A stretch of 64,000 bases of DNA from Mobula hypostoma (taxonomy: Eukaryota): contig NC_086097.1 in NCBI RefSeq assembly GCF_963921235.1, positions 192,202,001 to 192,266,000 on the forward strand, in the 5' to 3' direction. The notes under the pieces are model-generated. The model ran no database searches and was not told where the DNA came from. It saw only the letters and a program-made list of their open reading frames with translations. Each line of letters opens with the position of its first letter. Position 1 is the first letter of the stretch. This document shows positions 61,766 to 64,000 of the stretch, one piece after another. Made by a program: the position numbers and the translations under genes.

Positions 61766-62279
61766 TAGGAAGGGTGAGGGAATGCCTGGCAGTCGAAACC
61801 TCCCTATATGTGGATGATGCTGCTGAAACCTATTGGCATAGCAGAATTTTTGACAATTGTATTCGAATATACAGTAGATGGAATCAAGGGATAAGGCATT
61901 ACTTATGTAACTCACTCAGAGATAAAAGATCAGGCATAATTTTATTGAATGATGGAGGAGGTACAAATAACCAAATGATTTTTTCTTGCTTATATTTGTT
62001 AGAGTCCAATTTAGGACAATCAGTCTTGCTACCAGCTGCATCCTGAAATCCATTAGCCTGTACTGACTGGTGATAGGGACTTCCCACTATTCAAAGAGTT
62101 GACTCCATCTTTTGGCCTTCCGGCAAAATCTCAAACTCCAATATTGCTGGCTGTAAAAGCTGTATGTGATTTTATTCTGTAGTTCTAAAATGTCCCTGAA
62201 ATTAAATTTGTTCAATGGTGAAGGCAATTGGTTCTTTAAAATTTATATTGATGACATAGAATTGGGATTACAAGGCACA

Positions 62280-63020
62280 CTTTCTAAATCTGTGGGGATC
62301 TAAAATTTAACAGTGTTATGAAATGCAAATTGGTTGAAAGGGCAGATATACGGTATAGCAGATGAAATTTAATCCAGAAAATATGTGAAATGTTGCATTT
62401 TGATAGGAAGAATGAAGAGTAGCAATATAGAATATCAGATACTGTTTTAAAAGGGGAGAACACGCCTAGGAATCTGGGAGGGTTTGTGTACAAATTATTG
62501 GAAGTGTCAATTTGAGAAATTAGTTAATAAAGCAAACATAATTTTGTGTTTTATCAGTAGGGTACACAATATCAAAGCAGCTGATGCCAAACCTTTATAA
62601 AACCGGCGTTAAACAGCCACTGGAATATTATGTTCAATTATGGTTATATCATTATAAGAAGACTGCAAAGACATTAGAGGGTCCAGTGGTAATTTACAAG
62701 AAGGTTTCCTGTATGAGGAAGTTTAGCTTAATTAGACTGGGACTGTTTTCTTTGGCAAAGAAAAGGCTGGGGGTGGGGGAGAGTGGGGTGTAGTGCAGAA
62801 TGACGATCTGATTGAAGAATATATAGTACAGTAATGATGGTCTGGACAGAATGAGTCTGGGATGGTGTTCCCATTGGTGGAGGTCTTGAGGATTAACTTC
62901 ACAGTTACAAAATAACAGGAAAGAGCAGGGACATGAGGGAAAACTTTTCATTCAGTGTGCCTTTGGAATTTGCAGATGTAACGTAGGCATGTTCCATTCA
63001 AAGGGGAAGTTGATAGATAC
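62280..63020 (+). mobile_element. Highly degenerate CR1
   Basis: LYKTGVKQPLEYYVQLW...RLGLFSL in ORF 62584..62793. Confidence 0.6.
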
Positions 63021-63024
63021 AAGT

Positions 63025-63472
63025 TAGGCATCCAACATCATGGACCTCCAACATCCAGGACATGCTCTCTCCTCGCTTCTATCATCAGGAAGAAGGTACA
63101 AGAACCTCAGGACTCACGCCACTAGGTTCAGGAACAGTTATTATTCTTCAATCATCAGGCTCTTGAACCAAAGGCAATAACTTCAATCACCTTCACTTGC
63201 CTCATCATTGAAATGTTCCCACAACCAATGGACTCATTTTCAAGATCTCTTCATCTCATGTGTTTGATATTTATTTCATTTTTTCCTTTTGGATTTGGAT
63301 AGTTTGTTGTCCTTTGCACATTGGTTGAATGCCCAAGTTGGTGTGGTCTTTCATTGATTCTATTATGGTTATTATTCTATAGATTTATTGAGTATGCCCA
63401 CAAGAAAAATAATCTCAGGGTTGTACATGGTGACATAACTGTACTTTGGTAATAAATCTACTTTGAACTTCA
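63025..63472 (+). mobile_element. Rex1/Babar-like 3' fragment
   Basis: catccaggacatgctctc...caggaagaaggtacaagaacctcagg and 3'UTR similar to 55150-55580; AATAAA near 63451. Confidence 0.8.
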
Positions 63473-63809
63473 AAAAATATGTAGAAAGGGGAGAGAAACC
63501 AGAGGGTTTGGAAGAAGCTGACACTGACACAATGAACAAGTGGTTTTTTTCTATGTTGTGATCTATGACTTTATGAATGTAATAATTAACTAAGTTAATT
63601 GTAAATAATTAAAACATCAACACAAGGTAGAATAATTAAAGCAGTACAGCTTACCTCCCCATTTAACTCCCAACCTTTTGCTCTACAACCTCATTGAAAT
63701 CATTATGGTTTTGGATCTAGCATCTACGAAGCTACTGATAATCAGTTTAATCTAGCAAAGGATCCAAGAGCCAATTTCCAAATGAAATGCTGGAAAATCC
63801 CAGCAACAA

Positions 63810-64000
63810 TGTAGAACATAAAACAGCATAGGCCTTTGACCCAAAAATATGTGCCAATCTTTCAAACTACTCCAATATCAACCTAATACTTACCTCCCAC
63901 ATAGCCCTCCATTTCCCTTTTATCTATGTGCATCTCTAAGAGTCTCTTAATGACCATAATGTATCTGCCACTACCACCATCCCTGGCAGCACACAACTTC
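63810..64000 (-). mobile_element. CR1 3' end, continuing past the window
   Basis: Similar to 925-1110. Confidence 0.7.

Overview
Repeat-dense vertebrate genomic DNA. The mix of CR1, Rex1/Babar, RTE, L1 and Penelope families suggests a cartilaginous fish (inference, no search run). No prokaryotic genes, rRNA, tRNA or CRISPR were seen; almost all long ORFs belong to transposable elements. Main elements: (1) a Gypsy LTR retrotransposon (8920-12936) with an open RT-RNaseH-integrase frame, a deleted and inverted gag, and a non-tRNA primer-binding-site (PBS) position complementary to its own LTR; (2) a near-intact Penelope-like element (PLE; RT + GIY-YIG, 23172-27003) with a minimal hammerhead ribozyme in each terminal repeat, nested in an L1 that is itself nested in a CR1 relic; (3) a 5'-inverted L1 (28111-29156); (4) two convergent long CR1 copies (31800-39003); (5) a full-length RTE LINE (40847-46378) interrupted by a non-autonomous Tigger carrying a ~335-nt hairpin; (6) further hammerhead-bearing PLE fragments, including a fold-back palindrome. 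Three small minus-strand candidate exons (59531-59596, 7188-7210, 6885-6951) splice in one consistent frame, so most of the window may be a ~52-kb intron of an unidentified host gene. Boundaries of degenerate repeats are approximate.
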